Source of the DNA: Anaerolineae bacterium
GTDB lineage: Bacteria > Chloroflexota > Anaerolineae > B4-G1 > SLSP01
Length of the DNA: 40,956 nt
Assembly: GCA_049975025.1 (NCBI GenBank)
Contig: JBNGDU010000113.1
Coordinates: 1-40,956 of the forward strand
Direction: 5' to 3'
Position 1 is the first letter of the stretch. Each line of letters starts with the position of its first letter. Below, in pieces: positions 10,114 through 18,375 of the stretch. The notes beneath the pieces are model-generated. The model worked only from the letters and a program-made list of their open reading frames with translations. It did not search any database and had not been told where the DNA came from. The position numbers were made by a program, and so were the translations under genes.

Positions 10114-10200
10114 TGTTAACGTATCTTTAAGACCCCGTCGCACGTATTTAACAATCCATTAACTTGAGGTTGAAGGGTTGTTAACGTTGACGTGTTACCA
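10114..10200 (+). promoter_or_regulatory. Pho-box-like array of TTAAC direct repeats upstream of pstS
   Basis: TTAAC at 10116, 10148, 10159 and 10181. TTAAG at 10127, TTGAA at 10170, TTACC at 10195. Spacings are 11, 21, 11, 11, 11 and 14 bp. One unit reads TTAACA. Confidence 0.6.
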
Positions 10201-10244
10201 TCCTAGAGAAGGTAAGTTCTATCTATACTAAGGAGGAGAGTGGT

Positions 10245-11915
10245 ATGCGTCGTGTATGGTTGAGTCTCATGATTCTGGTGGCGCTTTTGGTCACCGCCTG
10301 CAGTGGAGGGCAACCCGCCGCAGCACCGACAGCCACACCCGCGGCTGCGGAGCCGGAGGCTACGGAAGCGCCGACCGAGGAGCCGATGGACGATCCGTCT
10401 GGTGAAGACCAGATCAGCATCGCCGGTTCGACGACGGTGCAGCCTGTGGCGGAGAAGGTCGGTGAGGCTTTCTCCGAGATGACGGGTGTGAAGGTGGACG
10501 TCGCGGGCGGTGGTTCGAGCTCGGGCGTCAAGGCGGCCGGCGACGGCACCGCCGACATCGGCAACGCGTCGCGTGACATCAAGGACTCCGAGTTGGAGAC
10601 CTATCCCGAGCTGGTGATCCACACGATCGCCAAGGACGGTATCGCCATCGTGTCGCACCCCGAGGGCACGGTCGACGAACTGACGACGGACCAGGTGCGC
10701 GACATCTTCGCTGGTGTCATCACCGACTGGAGCGAGGTTGGTGGCGAGAATGTGCCCATCACGGTGATCAGCCGTGAGGAGGGGTCGGGCACGCGGGGGG
10801 CGTTCGAAGAGATGGTGATGGGCGAGGACGCGGCGATTACGGACAGCGCGATCTTCCAGGACAGCAACGGCAAGGTGCGCACGGCTGTGGCCAGCACGCC
10901 GAACTCCATCGCGTTCCTCTCGTTCGGTTACCTGGACAACAGCGTCCTGGCGATCTCAATCGACGGCGTCGAGCCCACGGTGGAGAACGCGGTCAACGGT
11001 TCGTACCCCGTCGTGCGCCCGCTGAACATGGTGACGCTGGGCGAGCCCGAGGGCGCCGTCAAGGACTTCCTCGACTTCGTGATGTCGCCCGACGGTCAGG
11101 CGATTGTCGTGGACGAGGGGTTCATCGCCGTGGTCGAGGGTATGGGTGAGGAATCCGCTTCCGAACCACCCGCAGAGGGCCAGGGCCAGATCAGCATCGC
11201 CGGTTCGACGACGGTGCAGCCTGTGGCGGAGAAGGTCGGTGAGGCTTTCTCCGAGATGACGGGTGTGAAGGTGGACGTCGCGGGCGGTGGTTCGAGCTCG
11301 GGCGTCAAGGCGGCCGGCGACGGCACCGCCGACATCGGCAACGCGTCGCGTGACATCAAGGACTCCGAGTTGGAGACCTATCCCGAGCTGGTGATCCACA
11401 CGATCGCCAAGGACGGTATCGCCATCGTGTCGCACCCCGAGGGCACGGTCGACGAACTGACGACGGACCAGGTGCGCGACATCTTCGCTGGTGTCATCAC
11501 CGACTGGAGCGAGGTTGGTGGCGAGAATGTGCCCATCACGGTGATCAGCCGTGAGGAGGGGTCGGGCACGCGGGGGGCGTTCGAAGAGATGGTGATGGGC
11601 GAGGACGCGGCGATTACGGACAGCGCGATCTTCCAGGACAGCAACGGCAAGGTGCGCACGGCTGTGGCCAGCACGCCGAACTCCATCGCGTTCCTCTCGT
11701 TCGGTTACCTGGACAACAGCGTCCTGGCGATCTCAATCGACGGCGTCGAGCCCACGGTGGAGAACGCGGTCAACGGTTCGTACCCCGTCGTGCGCCCGCT
11801 GAACATGGTGACGCTGGGCGAGCCCGAGGGCGCCGTCAAGGACTTCCTCGACTTCGTGATGTCGCCCGACGGTCAGGCGATTGTCGTGGACGAGGGGTTC
11901 ATCGCGGTCAAGTAG
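10245..11915 (+). CDS. pstS: phosphate ABC transporter substrate-binding lipoprotein, tandem two-domain PstS
   Basis: Lipobox LLVTAC. Two identical PBP_like_2-type units, each with GSTTV, GGGSSSG, NASRD and EGSGTRG motifs. Strong SD aggagg at 10231-10236. Confidence 0.9.
   Translation: MRRVWLSLMILVALLVTACSGGQPAAAPTATPAAAEPEATEAPTEEPMDDPSGEDQISIAGSTTVQPVAEKVGEAFSEMTGVKVDVAGGGSSSGVKAAGDGTADIGNASRDIKDSELETYPELVIHTIAKDGIAIVSHPEGTVDELTTDQVRDIFAGVITDWSEVGGENVPITVISREEGSGTRGAFEEMVMGEDAAITDSAIFQDSNGKVRTAVASTPNSIAFLSFGYLDNSVLAISIDGVEPTVENAVNGSYPVVRPLNMVTLGEPEGAVKDFLDFVMSPDGQAIVVDEGFIAVVEGMGEESASEPPAEGQGQISIAGSTTVQPVAEKVGEAFSEMTGVKVDVAGGGSSSGVKAAGDGTADIGNASRDIKDSELETYPELVIHTIAKDGIAIVSHPEGTVDELTTDQVRDIFAGVITDWSEVGGENVPITVISREEGSGTRGAFEEMVMGEDAAITDSAIFQDSNGKVRTAVASTPNSIAFLSFGYLDNSVLAISIDGVEPTVENAVNGSYPVVRPLNMVTLGEPEGAVKDFLDFVMSPDGQAIVVDEGFIAVK
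10409..11905. repeat. perfect 720-bp direct tandem repeat (10409-11128 and 11186-11905, period 777 bp) inside pstS
   Basis: Base-by-base reading of both copies found no mismatch. They are separated by a 57-bp unique linker encoding VVEGMGEESASEPPAEGQG. Confidence 0.95.
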
Positions 11916-11968
11916 CGCGCGGAATCAGTCGGCGATCAGCTTGTTCAGTTGATTCAGGCATTCAGGCG

Positions 11969-12015
11969 AGGAGTAAGGAGTTGGCCACGCGCTACTTCTT
12001 ACTCCTTGCTTCTTG
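11969..12015 (+). terminator. intercistronic hairpin between pstS and pstC (partial terminator or processing/stability element)
   Basis: aggagtaag (11969-11977) pairs with cttactcct (11998-12006) around a 20-nt loop, followed by the T-rich tgcttcttg. Confidence 0.45.
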
Positions 12016-12028
12016 AAGGGAGGTAGGT

Positions 12029-12940
12029 ATGAGGCTGGCAGACATCACGGATCAAGTTGTGCGGTACGCTCTGCTGATTGCCGCGTTGCTTTCGGTCATC
12101 ATCTTGATCCTGATTGGGATTTTCACGCTCATTGAGTCTTGGGATGCATTTTCGCGAATCGGGGTCCTTGATCTTATCTTCGGCACGACGTGGCATCCTA
12201 TCCCCGATGATTTCGAGGCCAGCGAGTTTGGCATCCTTGGTATGATCTTCGCCTCGATCATCGTGACGGCTGGGGCGCTCGTGCTAGGCGTTCCGTTGGG
12301 CGTAGGCTGTGCGATCTTCCTGGCGGAGGTCGCGCCCGAAACTGTCCACAAGATCGTGCGCCCGGCGGTCGAGCTCCTGGCCGGTATCCCATCAGTGATC
12401 TACGGCTTGATCGGTATGGTCTGGTTAGTCCCGGTGATCCGCGATTTGATCCCAGTGGCTGGCAACCAAGGGTTCGGCTTCTTGGCAGCCTCCATCGTGC
12501 TGGCCGTGATGATCTTGCCGACGGTGATCAACATCGCCGAGGACGCGATTCGCGCAGTACCGCGCGAATATCGTGAAGGGTCGTTGGCCCTGGGAAGCAC
12601 CAAGTGGCAGACGATCACCAAGGTGATCGTGCCTGCCGCCCGGTCCGGCATCATTGCGGCCATCATCTTAGGGGTTGGGCGTGCATTGGGTGAGACTATG
12701 GCCATGGTTATGGTGATCGGGAACTCTACTCAATTTCCCTCGCCGCTCACGGCCAACCCGTTGACGATCTTTTTGAGCCGCGGACGTACCCTCACCGGCA
12801 ACGTTGTGATGGGTCTTAACTACGCTGCGGGCACGCACCGGAGCGCGCTCTTCGCGACGGGTATTGTGCTCTTCGTCATGATCATGATCGTTAACAGCAT
12901 GGCACGGCTCATCATCAGTCGTTGGTCACCCAAGAACTAG
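12029..12940 (+). CDS. pstC: phosphate ABC transporter permease PstC
   Basis: 303 aa, multi-TM. EAA-like loop AEDAIRAVPREYREGSLALGSTKWQTI. Operon position after pstS. Confidence 0.9.
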   Translation: MRLADITDQVVRYALLIAALLSVIILILIGIFTLIESWDAFSRIGVLDLIFGTTWHPIPDDFEASEFGILGMIFASIIVTAGALVLGVPLGVGCAIFLAEVAPETVHKIVRPAVELLAGIPSVIYGLIGMVWLVPVIRDLIPVAGNQGFGFLAASIVLAVMILPTVINIAEDAIRAVPREYREGSLALGSTKWQTITKVIVPAARSGIIAAIILGVGRALGETMAMVMVIGNSTQFPSPLTANPLTIFLSRGRTLTGNVVMGLNYAAGTHRSALFATGIVLFVMIMIVNSMARLIISRWSPKN

Positions 12941-12954
12941 AGGGGCGAGACACT

Positions 12955-14736
12955 ATGAATGCAGTGCGTGAGATGTCTTTGGAGCGAACAGAAGAGCAGG
13001 TCAAAGCGAACCTGAAGCGCCGCCGCGCTGTGGAGAAGGGTGCTTTTGGGATGCTGTGGCTCACGGGCGGCGTCGTGATCGTGGTGCTTTTCTTCGTGAT
13101 CGTCTATTTGCTGATTCAAAGCGGCAAGTTCTTCGTCGGCGACGAGGACCTGCTGGAGGACGCCGTTATGCTGGAATCCAACGCCGAGATCGCCGAGATG
13201 GTGGCGAGCGATCCGAATGCGATTGGCTATCTGTCACTGAGCTGTCTGGACGGGTCCGTCAAGCCTATCGTTCTGAACGGGGTGATGCCTTCGGTTGAAA
13301 TGGTTGGCGAGGGTTGGTATCCTATCGTGCAGGATCTCCACATGATGACACATGGGGAGATGACGCCGGTCACTGAGGCCTGGTTTGCGTTTGCCGTGAG
13401 CGAGGAAGGACAGGCCGTTGTGGCTGAAGCCGGATACGTCCCGGTGCCAAGTTCGGACTCCTATCGACCTTCGTCCGAACTCAGCGGAGAGCTCTCCATC
13501 GCCGGGTCAACCACGATGCAGTGCTTGGCTGAGAATCTGGCGGCAGCCTTCAACACCTACCATCCGGATGTGTCGATCACCATTGAGATCGAAGACTCCA
13601 CCAGCGGCATCAAGGACGCCGGCAAGGATAACGTCGACGTCGGCATGAGTTCGCGCGAGATTCGTGACTACGAATTCGTCCGTTACGATGGTCTCGTGGC
13701 GCATACTGTGGCTCAGGACGGCATTGCCATTGTCACCAACCCGCAGAACCCGGTGGGCGGCCTCACGATCAACCAGGCTCGCGACCTATTTACCGGCGTT
13801 ATCGCCAACTGGCAAGACGTTGGTGGCAATGATGCGACCGTCACGGTCGTCTCCCGTGAGCTGGGCACCGGCTCCTGGGACGGCTTCGAGAAGTGGGTCT
13901 TGAGCAAGAACGCGATGATGGCGAAAGGGTTGGATTCTGGGAACTTCCGGCTCTTCCTCCAGAATCTGTGGGCCAGCGTCAAGTTCATCTGGCGCTTCTT
14001 GACGACGCGTCCGTTGCCGGGCATGGGCGGCCACGGCGGTATCTCCACGACGATCATCACGACCGTCTACATGGTCGTTCTCACCCTTGTGATCGCGACG
14101 CCTTTGGGCGTGGGGGCTGCCATCTATCTGGTCGAGTACGCCGGTGAGATGAGCGGCAAGCAGAGCGGCTTGCTGAATAAGGTCGTCACGGTGATCCGCT
14201 TCGCCGTTGAGACGCTGGCCGGCGTGCCCTCGATCATCTACGGGCTCTTTGGCTTCGCTTTCTTCGTCACGGCGATCCGGTTGGGGCTCTCGATGATCGC
14301 GGGAGCTTTTGCCGGTGCGTGTCTTATCCTGCCGGTCATCATCCGCACGACGGAAGAGGCTCTGCTGACCGTGCCCCGCAGCTATCGCGAGGGCAGCCTG
14401 GCACTGGGCGCCACGAAGTGGCAGACGAACTATCAAGTGGTCCTGCCGGCTGCACTGCCCGGCATCGTTACGGGCATCATCTTGGGCGTCGGTCGTATCA
14501 TCAGTGAGACGGCGGTCTTCTACGTGACGTTGGGTGGTAGCATCAATATGCCTGAGTCTATTATGGACCAGGGACGGACCATGGTGCTGCATCTCTACTC
14601 CTTGATGATGGATGCGAATGCCCCGGATCCCGCGATGGGGACCGCGATTGTGATCATCTTCGTGATCGTGTTGATAAACCTGGCGATTAACTACTTCTCC
14701 AACCGGCTCTCTATGAGTCTGAGTGGGAAGTCCTAA
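12955..14736 (+). CDS. pstA: phosphate ABC transporter permease PstA carrying a ~270-aa PstS-like (PBP) domain in the TM1-TM2 loop
   Basis: The ATG at 12955 follows agagggg. TM1 LWLTGGVVIVVLFFVIVYLLI. An inserted PBP-like region spans 13129-13941. The canonical PstA core follows (TEEALLTVPRSYREGSLALGATKWQT). The ORF-track TTG at 12922 overlaps pstC. Confidence 0.85.
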   Translation: MNAVREMSLERTEEQVKANLKRRRAVEKGAFGMLWLTGGVVIVVLFFVIVYLLIQSGKFFVGDEDLLEDAVMLESNAEIAEMVASDPNAIGYLSLSCLDGSVKPIVLNGVMPSVEMVGEGWYPIVQDLHMMTHGEMTPVTEAWFAFAVSEEGQAVVAEAGYVPVPSSDSYRPSSELSGELSIAGSTTMQCLAENLAAAFNTYHPDVSITIEIEDSTSGIKDAGKDNVDVGMSSREIRDYEFVRYDGLVAHTVAQDGIAIVTNPQNPVGGLTINQARDLFTGVIANWQDVGGNDATVTVVSRELGTGSWDGFEKWVLSKNAMMAKGLDSGNFRLFLQNLWASVKFIWRFLTTRPLPGMGGHGGISTTIITTVYMVVLTLVIATPLGVGAAIYLVEYAGEMSGKQSGLLNKVVTVIRFAVETLAGVPSIIYGLFGFAFFVTAIRLGLSMIAGAFAGACLILPVIIRTTEEALLTVPRSYREGSLALGATKWQTNYQVVLPAALPGIVTGIILGVGRIISETAVFYVTLGGSINMPESIMDQGRTMVLHLYSLMMDANAPDPAMGTAIVIIFVIVLINLAINYFSNRLSMSLSGKS

Positions 14737-14760
14737 AGACAGAGACGCTGGAGGCAATGT

Positions 14761-15534
14761 ATGACAGCTTCTGAGATCAAACTTGAGGTTCAAGGATATA
14801 ACCTCTATTACGGTTCGTTCAAGGCGCTGGAGGATATCGCCGTTCAGATTCCGGCGCGGCAGGTGACAGCGATCATCGGCCCATCCGGATGTGGTAAGAG
14901 CTCCTTCTTGAGGACCTTTAACCGGATGAATGACTTGATTCCGGTTGCCCACGCCAACGGCGAGGTGATGATGGATGGCGACGATATTTTCTCAATGGAT
15001 GTCGTTGATCTGCGCCGCCGTGTAGGTATGGTCTTTCAACGTGCCAATCCATTCCCGAAGTCGATCTTCGACAACGTGGCGTATGGCCCGCGAGCCGGCG
15101 GAGTACGGGACCGCAACAAGCTCAACGGGATCGTGGAGCGTAGCCTTCGCGGCGCAGCTGTCTGGGATGAGGTCAAGGATGATCTAGGCAAGTCCGGGTT
15201 GGCGCTCTCCGGCGGTCAGCAGCAACGTCTCTGTATCGCCCGCGCGCTAGCGGTTGAACCCGAAGTCATCCTGATGGACGAGCCCGCCTCGGCACTCGAC
15301 CCCATCGCCACGCTGAAGATCGAGGAACTGATCCGCGAGCTCAAAGAGGAATACACGATCGTCATTGTCACCCACAACATGCAGCAGGCAGCCCGTGTCT
15401 CGGACTTCACGGCCTTCTTCTACACTGATGAGAGTCGAACCGGACAACTTGTCGAGTTCGGTCCGACCAAGAAGATCTTCACCAACCCCGATGATGAGCG
15501 GACGGAAGATTACATCACAGGGCGCTTTGGGTAG
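14761..15534 (+). CDS. pstB: phosphate ABC transporter ATP-binding protein PstB
   Basis: Walker [10 protein letters not shown], signature LSGGQQQRL, Walker B ILMDEP, C-terminal YITGRFG. Confidence 0.95.
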   Translation: MTASEIKLEVQGYNLYYGSFKALEDIAVQIPARQVTAIIGPSGCGKSSFLRTFNRMNDLIPVAHANGEVMMDGDDIFSMDVVDLRRRVGMVFQRANPFPKSIFDNVAYGPRAGGVRDRNKLNGIVERSLRGAAVWDEVKDDLGKSGLALSGGQQQRLCIARALAVEPEVILMDEPASALDPIATLKIEELIRELKEEYTIVIVTHNMQQAARVSDFTAFFYTDESRTGQLVEFGPTKKIFTNPDDERTEDYITGRFG

Positions 15535-15647
15535 AGGTGTGGAAGGGCTCTTGGTTTTCTGGAGTCTTAGGAACCCGACAAAGCTCAGGACATGTCAGGC
15601 TTCGCTGTATCCCCCTGGGTGGCATGGGTGGAAATTAGGGGTAAGTT

Positions 15648-16310
15648 GTGATCACGAAACCTAGAGAGACGTTCCGCCGTGAATTGGGGCAGTTGCTCGA
15701 CCAGGTCTTGGCGTTGGGCAGTATGGTCGAGGACGCGATATTGGTCTCGGTAGCGATGTTGAAGAAGCGGGATATCGAGGGATCCCGTCGCATCATCGAA
15801 CGTGATCAGGAGATCAATGCGAAGCGATTTGAGATTGAGGATCAAGCGCTTGCGCTCATCGCCCTGCATCAGCCTGTGGCGAGGGATCTGCGGCTTCTCG
15901 GCGCGATCTTGGAGGTAGCCACCGAGCTCGAGCGTATTGGCGATTATGCCAAGGGGATCGCCAAGGTCAACGTCCTGATGGGAGATGCACCGCTGCTCAA
16001 GCCACTGATTGACATACCTTTCATGGCGGGGAAAGCGATGGACATGCTCCGTCAGAGCTTGGACGCTTTCGTGTCACGGGATATCCAGGCGGCTCAGACC
16101 ATCCCCGCGCTGGATGATGAGGTGGACGCACTCTACAATCAGGTCTACCGTGAGCTGATCACCTACATACTGGACGATCCGCGATGTATTGAGCAGGCCA
16201 ATCACCTCCTCTGGGTCGCGCACAATCTGGAGCGGGCGGCGGACCGCGTTTCCAATGTCTGTGAGAGGACGATTTTCATGGTGACGGGGAAGATGCAGGA
16301 ATTGAACTGA
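15648..16310 (+). CDS. phoU: phosphate signalling complex protein PhoU
   Basis: 220 aa with a GTG start. Two PhoU repeats with E(L)ERIGDYA and NLERAADRVSN motifs. Lies downstream of pstB. Confidence 0.9.
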   Translation: MITKPRETFRRELGQLLDQVLALGSMVEDAILVSVAMLKKRDIEGSRRIIERDQEINAKRFEIEDQALALIALHQPVARDLRLLGAILEVATELERIGDYAKGIAKVNVLMGDAPLLKPLIDIPFMAGKAMDMLRQSLDAFVSRDIQAAQTIPALDDEVDALYNQVYRELITYILDDPRCIEQANHLLWVAHNLERAADRVSNVCERTIFMVTGKMQELN

Positions 16311-16414
16311 GGGTTGCCACAGCGACATCCCGGCGATCGAGTGCTAAGGACGTCGTTTCCCCGGCACCTATCGGCGGCTAGAGACACCAGACAAGACGGG
16401 GATGCTGAGGGGTT

Positions 16415-16455
16415 GAGGGGGCCGCAGTCACCAACTGATGACTGCGGCGCCCCTC
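16415..16455 (+). terminator. GC-rich hairpin downstream of phoU (putative operon terminator)
   Basis: gagggggccgcagtca / tgactgcggcgcccctc forms a stem of about 16 bp with one bulged G and an 8-nt loop ccaactga. No U-tract. Confidence 0.5.
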
Positions 16456-16680
16456 ATGTCATCTATGTCGCCGGACTCCGCCTCTTCTCTTGTTGCGTAG
16501 AGCGCGTTAGGCATGAGTAAGATAAGTATGGTAAACTAAGCTCAGGGGATAGCACCGGCTCTCTCCATCGTTGGCCAGATTGCCGACAAGCTTGGTGGGC
16601 AGGCATGGGTGCAAGGTGAGTTGGGGCTGGTCGTATCTTTGGTTTTGCTCTTGGAAGCGCAACCTGAAACCGGATGATGG

Positions 16681-17694
16681 GTGCAGCATCTGAGCGCTAC
16701 TCTGTCTAGGAGGTCCGCTTTGGCAAATCGAGAGACGAATTTCTGGTCTAGCAATCGTTTGTGGTTGGCGACGGGTATTGCCGCCGGGGTGTTCGCCGGG
16801 CTGAAGTGGATTCGACGCAGGTGGGCGCGGCGAACCTCACCGGTGATACAATCCGGCGAGTCGATGACGGCGCTGATCACCGGTGCTTCAAGCGGCATTG
16901 GACGCGTCTACGCGACTAAACTGGCGGAAATGGGCTATGACGTCATCGTCGTAGCGCGCCGGGTGGAACGATTGGAAGCACTCGCCACGCGGCTTTCGCA
17001 GGTCTATGACGTGAATGCCACCGTCCTGACGGCGGATCTCGCGACGTATAGCGGCATCGAGAAGGTCGAGCGGGTGATTGAGAGAACGCAGGATCTCAAC
17101 CTTCTGGTCAACAACGCCGGTTTTGGCCTTGTGGGACAGTTCAGCGAGACGGATGTGGCGCGACAAGAGGACATGATCCGCGTGCACGTACTCGCGGCCG
17201 TGCGTTTGACCAGGGCGGCGCTGCCCGGGATGTTAGCCCAGAAACGGGGTGCTATTGTGAACGTGGCGTCCGTCATGGCCTTTTACCCGCTGTCGGGCAA
17301 TGTAACCTATGGGGCGACCAAGAGCTATCTAAGGTTTTTCACCGAGGCGCTCCATCAGGAGCTCGCGGGCACGGGGGTTCGCGTGCAGTCTCTGTGTCCC
17401 GGATTCACAAGGACGGAGATGCAGGCGGCCGGCCGCTTCGACTGGTCCGCCCTACCGGACTTCGTCTGGCTATCTGCGGACTCGGTCGTGGACCGTTCGT
17501 TGCGGGACTTGCATAATGATCGCGTCATCTCGGTGCCGGGCTTCGGCTATCGGGCACTGGTCTTCGTGCGACGGCTCTTGCCGCGGCCTCTGCTTTATCT
17601 CGCGGGACGGCTCGCGGGAATGCTCAAAGAGCGACGCCCTGCGGAGCGAGGGGGACAGCGGACTTTAGCGGACCAACAAGGAGGAGGAGTATGA
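16681..17694 (+). CDS. SDR-family oxidoreductase (possible N-terminal membrane anchor)
   Basis: TGASSGIG cofactor motif, NNAG, and a Y-x3-K catalytic pair (YGATK). The GTG start at 16681 adds a hydrophobic segment LWLATGIAAGVFAGL. An alternative ATG at 16864 gives a canonical soluble SDR. Confidence 0.8.
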   Translation: MQHLSATLSRRSALANRETNFWSSNRLWLATGIAAGVFAGLKWIRRRWARRTSPVIQSGESMTALITGASSGIGRVYATKLAEMGYDVIVVARRVERLEALATRLSQVYDVNATVLTADLATYSGIEKVERVIERTQDLNLLVNNAGFGLVGQFSETDVARQEDMIRVHVLAAVRLTRAALPGMLAQKRGAIVNVASVMAFYPLSGNVTYGATKSYLRFFTEALHQELAGTGVRVQSLCPGFTRTEMQAAGRFDWSALPDFVWLSADSVVDRSLRDLHNDRVISVPGFGYRALVFVRRLLPRPLLYLAGRLAGMLKERRPAERGGQRTLADQQGGGV

Positions 17695-18209
17695 CTGACA
17701 CCGGAAGCTATCGAGAACTATCTCCTGACCAGCTGAGCGCGCACGTCTTCAAGCTCATCGGCCAGGATTGGATGCTGATCACCGCCGGCGATGAAGAGGA
17801 CTTCAACACCATGACGGCGAGTTGGGGCGGCTTGGGGTTCCTCTGGGGACGCCCGGTCTCCTTTATCTTTGTGCGCCCCCAGCGTTACACCTTTGAGTTC
17901 ACGGAGCGTTTGTCCCACTACACGCTGTCGTTCTTCAACGAGACCTACCGCGACGCTCTCAACTACTGCGGCACCCATTCGGGGCGAGACGTGGACAAGG
18001 TGGCCCGGACAGGTCTGACGCCCGTGGTGGGGAAGACCGGTGCGGTTTACTTCGCCGAGGCCCGTCTGGTCTTGGAGTGCAAGACGCTTTACGGTCAAGA
18101 TCTGGTTGAGGAGAGCTTCTGGGAGCACGAGATATGCGAGCAGGCATATCGGGCGGGCGACTATCATCGGATGTACGTCGGTGAGGTGGTGCGCATCCTC
18201 CAGCGTTGA
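17691..18209 (+). CDS. flavin reductase-like (FMN-binding split-barrel) family protein
   Basis: 172 aa. NTMTASWGGLGFLWGRPV-type motif. The start overlaps the SDR stop (ATGA at 17691-17694). Confidence 0.6.
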   Translation: MTDTGSYRELSPDQLSAHVFKLIGQDWMLITAGDEEDFNTMTASWGGLGFLWGRPVSFIFVRPQRYTFEFTERLSHYTLSFFNETYRDALNYCGTHSGRDVDKVARTGLTPVVGKTGAVYFAEARLVLECKTLYGQDLVEESFWEHEICEQAYRAGDYHRMYVGEVVRILQR

Positions 18210-18375
18210 CTCTACCAAAACGAGTTCATCTTACCGCAAAGAGCGCGGAGAACGCGTAGCTAGCAAACATGACTCCTCTCGGTCATCGCTGTATCGATGT
18301 TCCAGAGCAGGGGGCCCGAGCGCGGTGTCTCTCCCGGGTGACGCCAGGGAGTTAGTTTCATCGGCGGACTCGGGC

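Noticed and set aside
10245-11915. Interpreting the duplicated pstS as two adjacent pstS genes
   Set aside because: There is no stop codon, SD or second signal peptide between the copies. The 57-bp linker is in frame, so as assembled this is one ORF.
13786-14952. 388-aa ORF antisense to pstA/pstB
   Set aside because: It spans the pstA-pstB junction on the opposite strand. The translation is Arg/Asp/His-rich with no recognisable domain, while the sense-strand genes are unambiguous.
16456-16863. Long non-coding-looking gap after the pst-phoU terminator, as a possible sRNA or riboswitch
   Set aside because: I see no convincing promoter/terminator pair or conserved structure. Part of the gap may be the N-terminal membrane anchor of the SDR if the GTG at 16681 is used.
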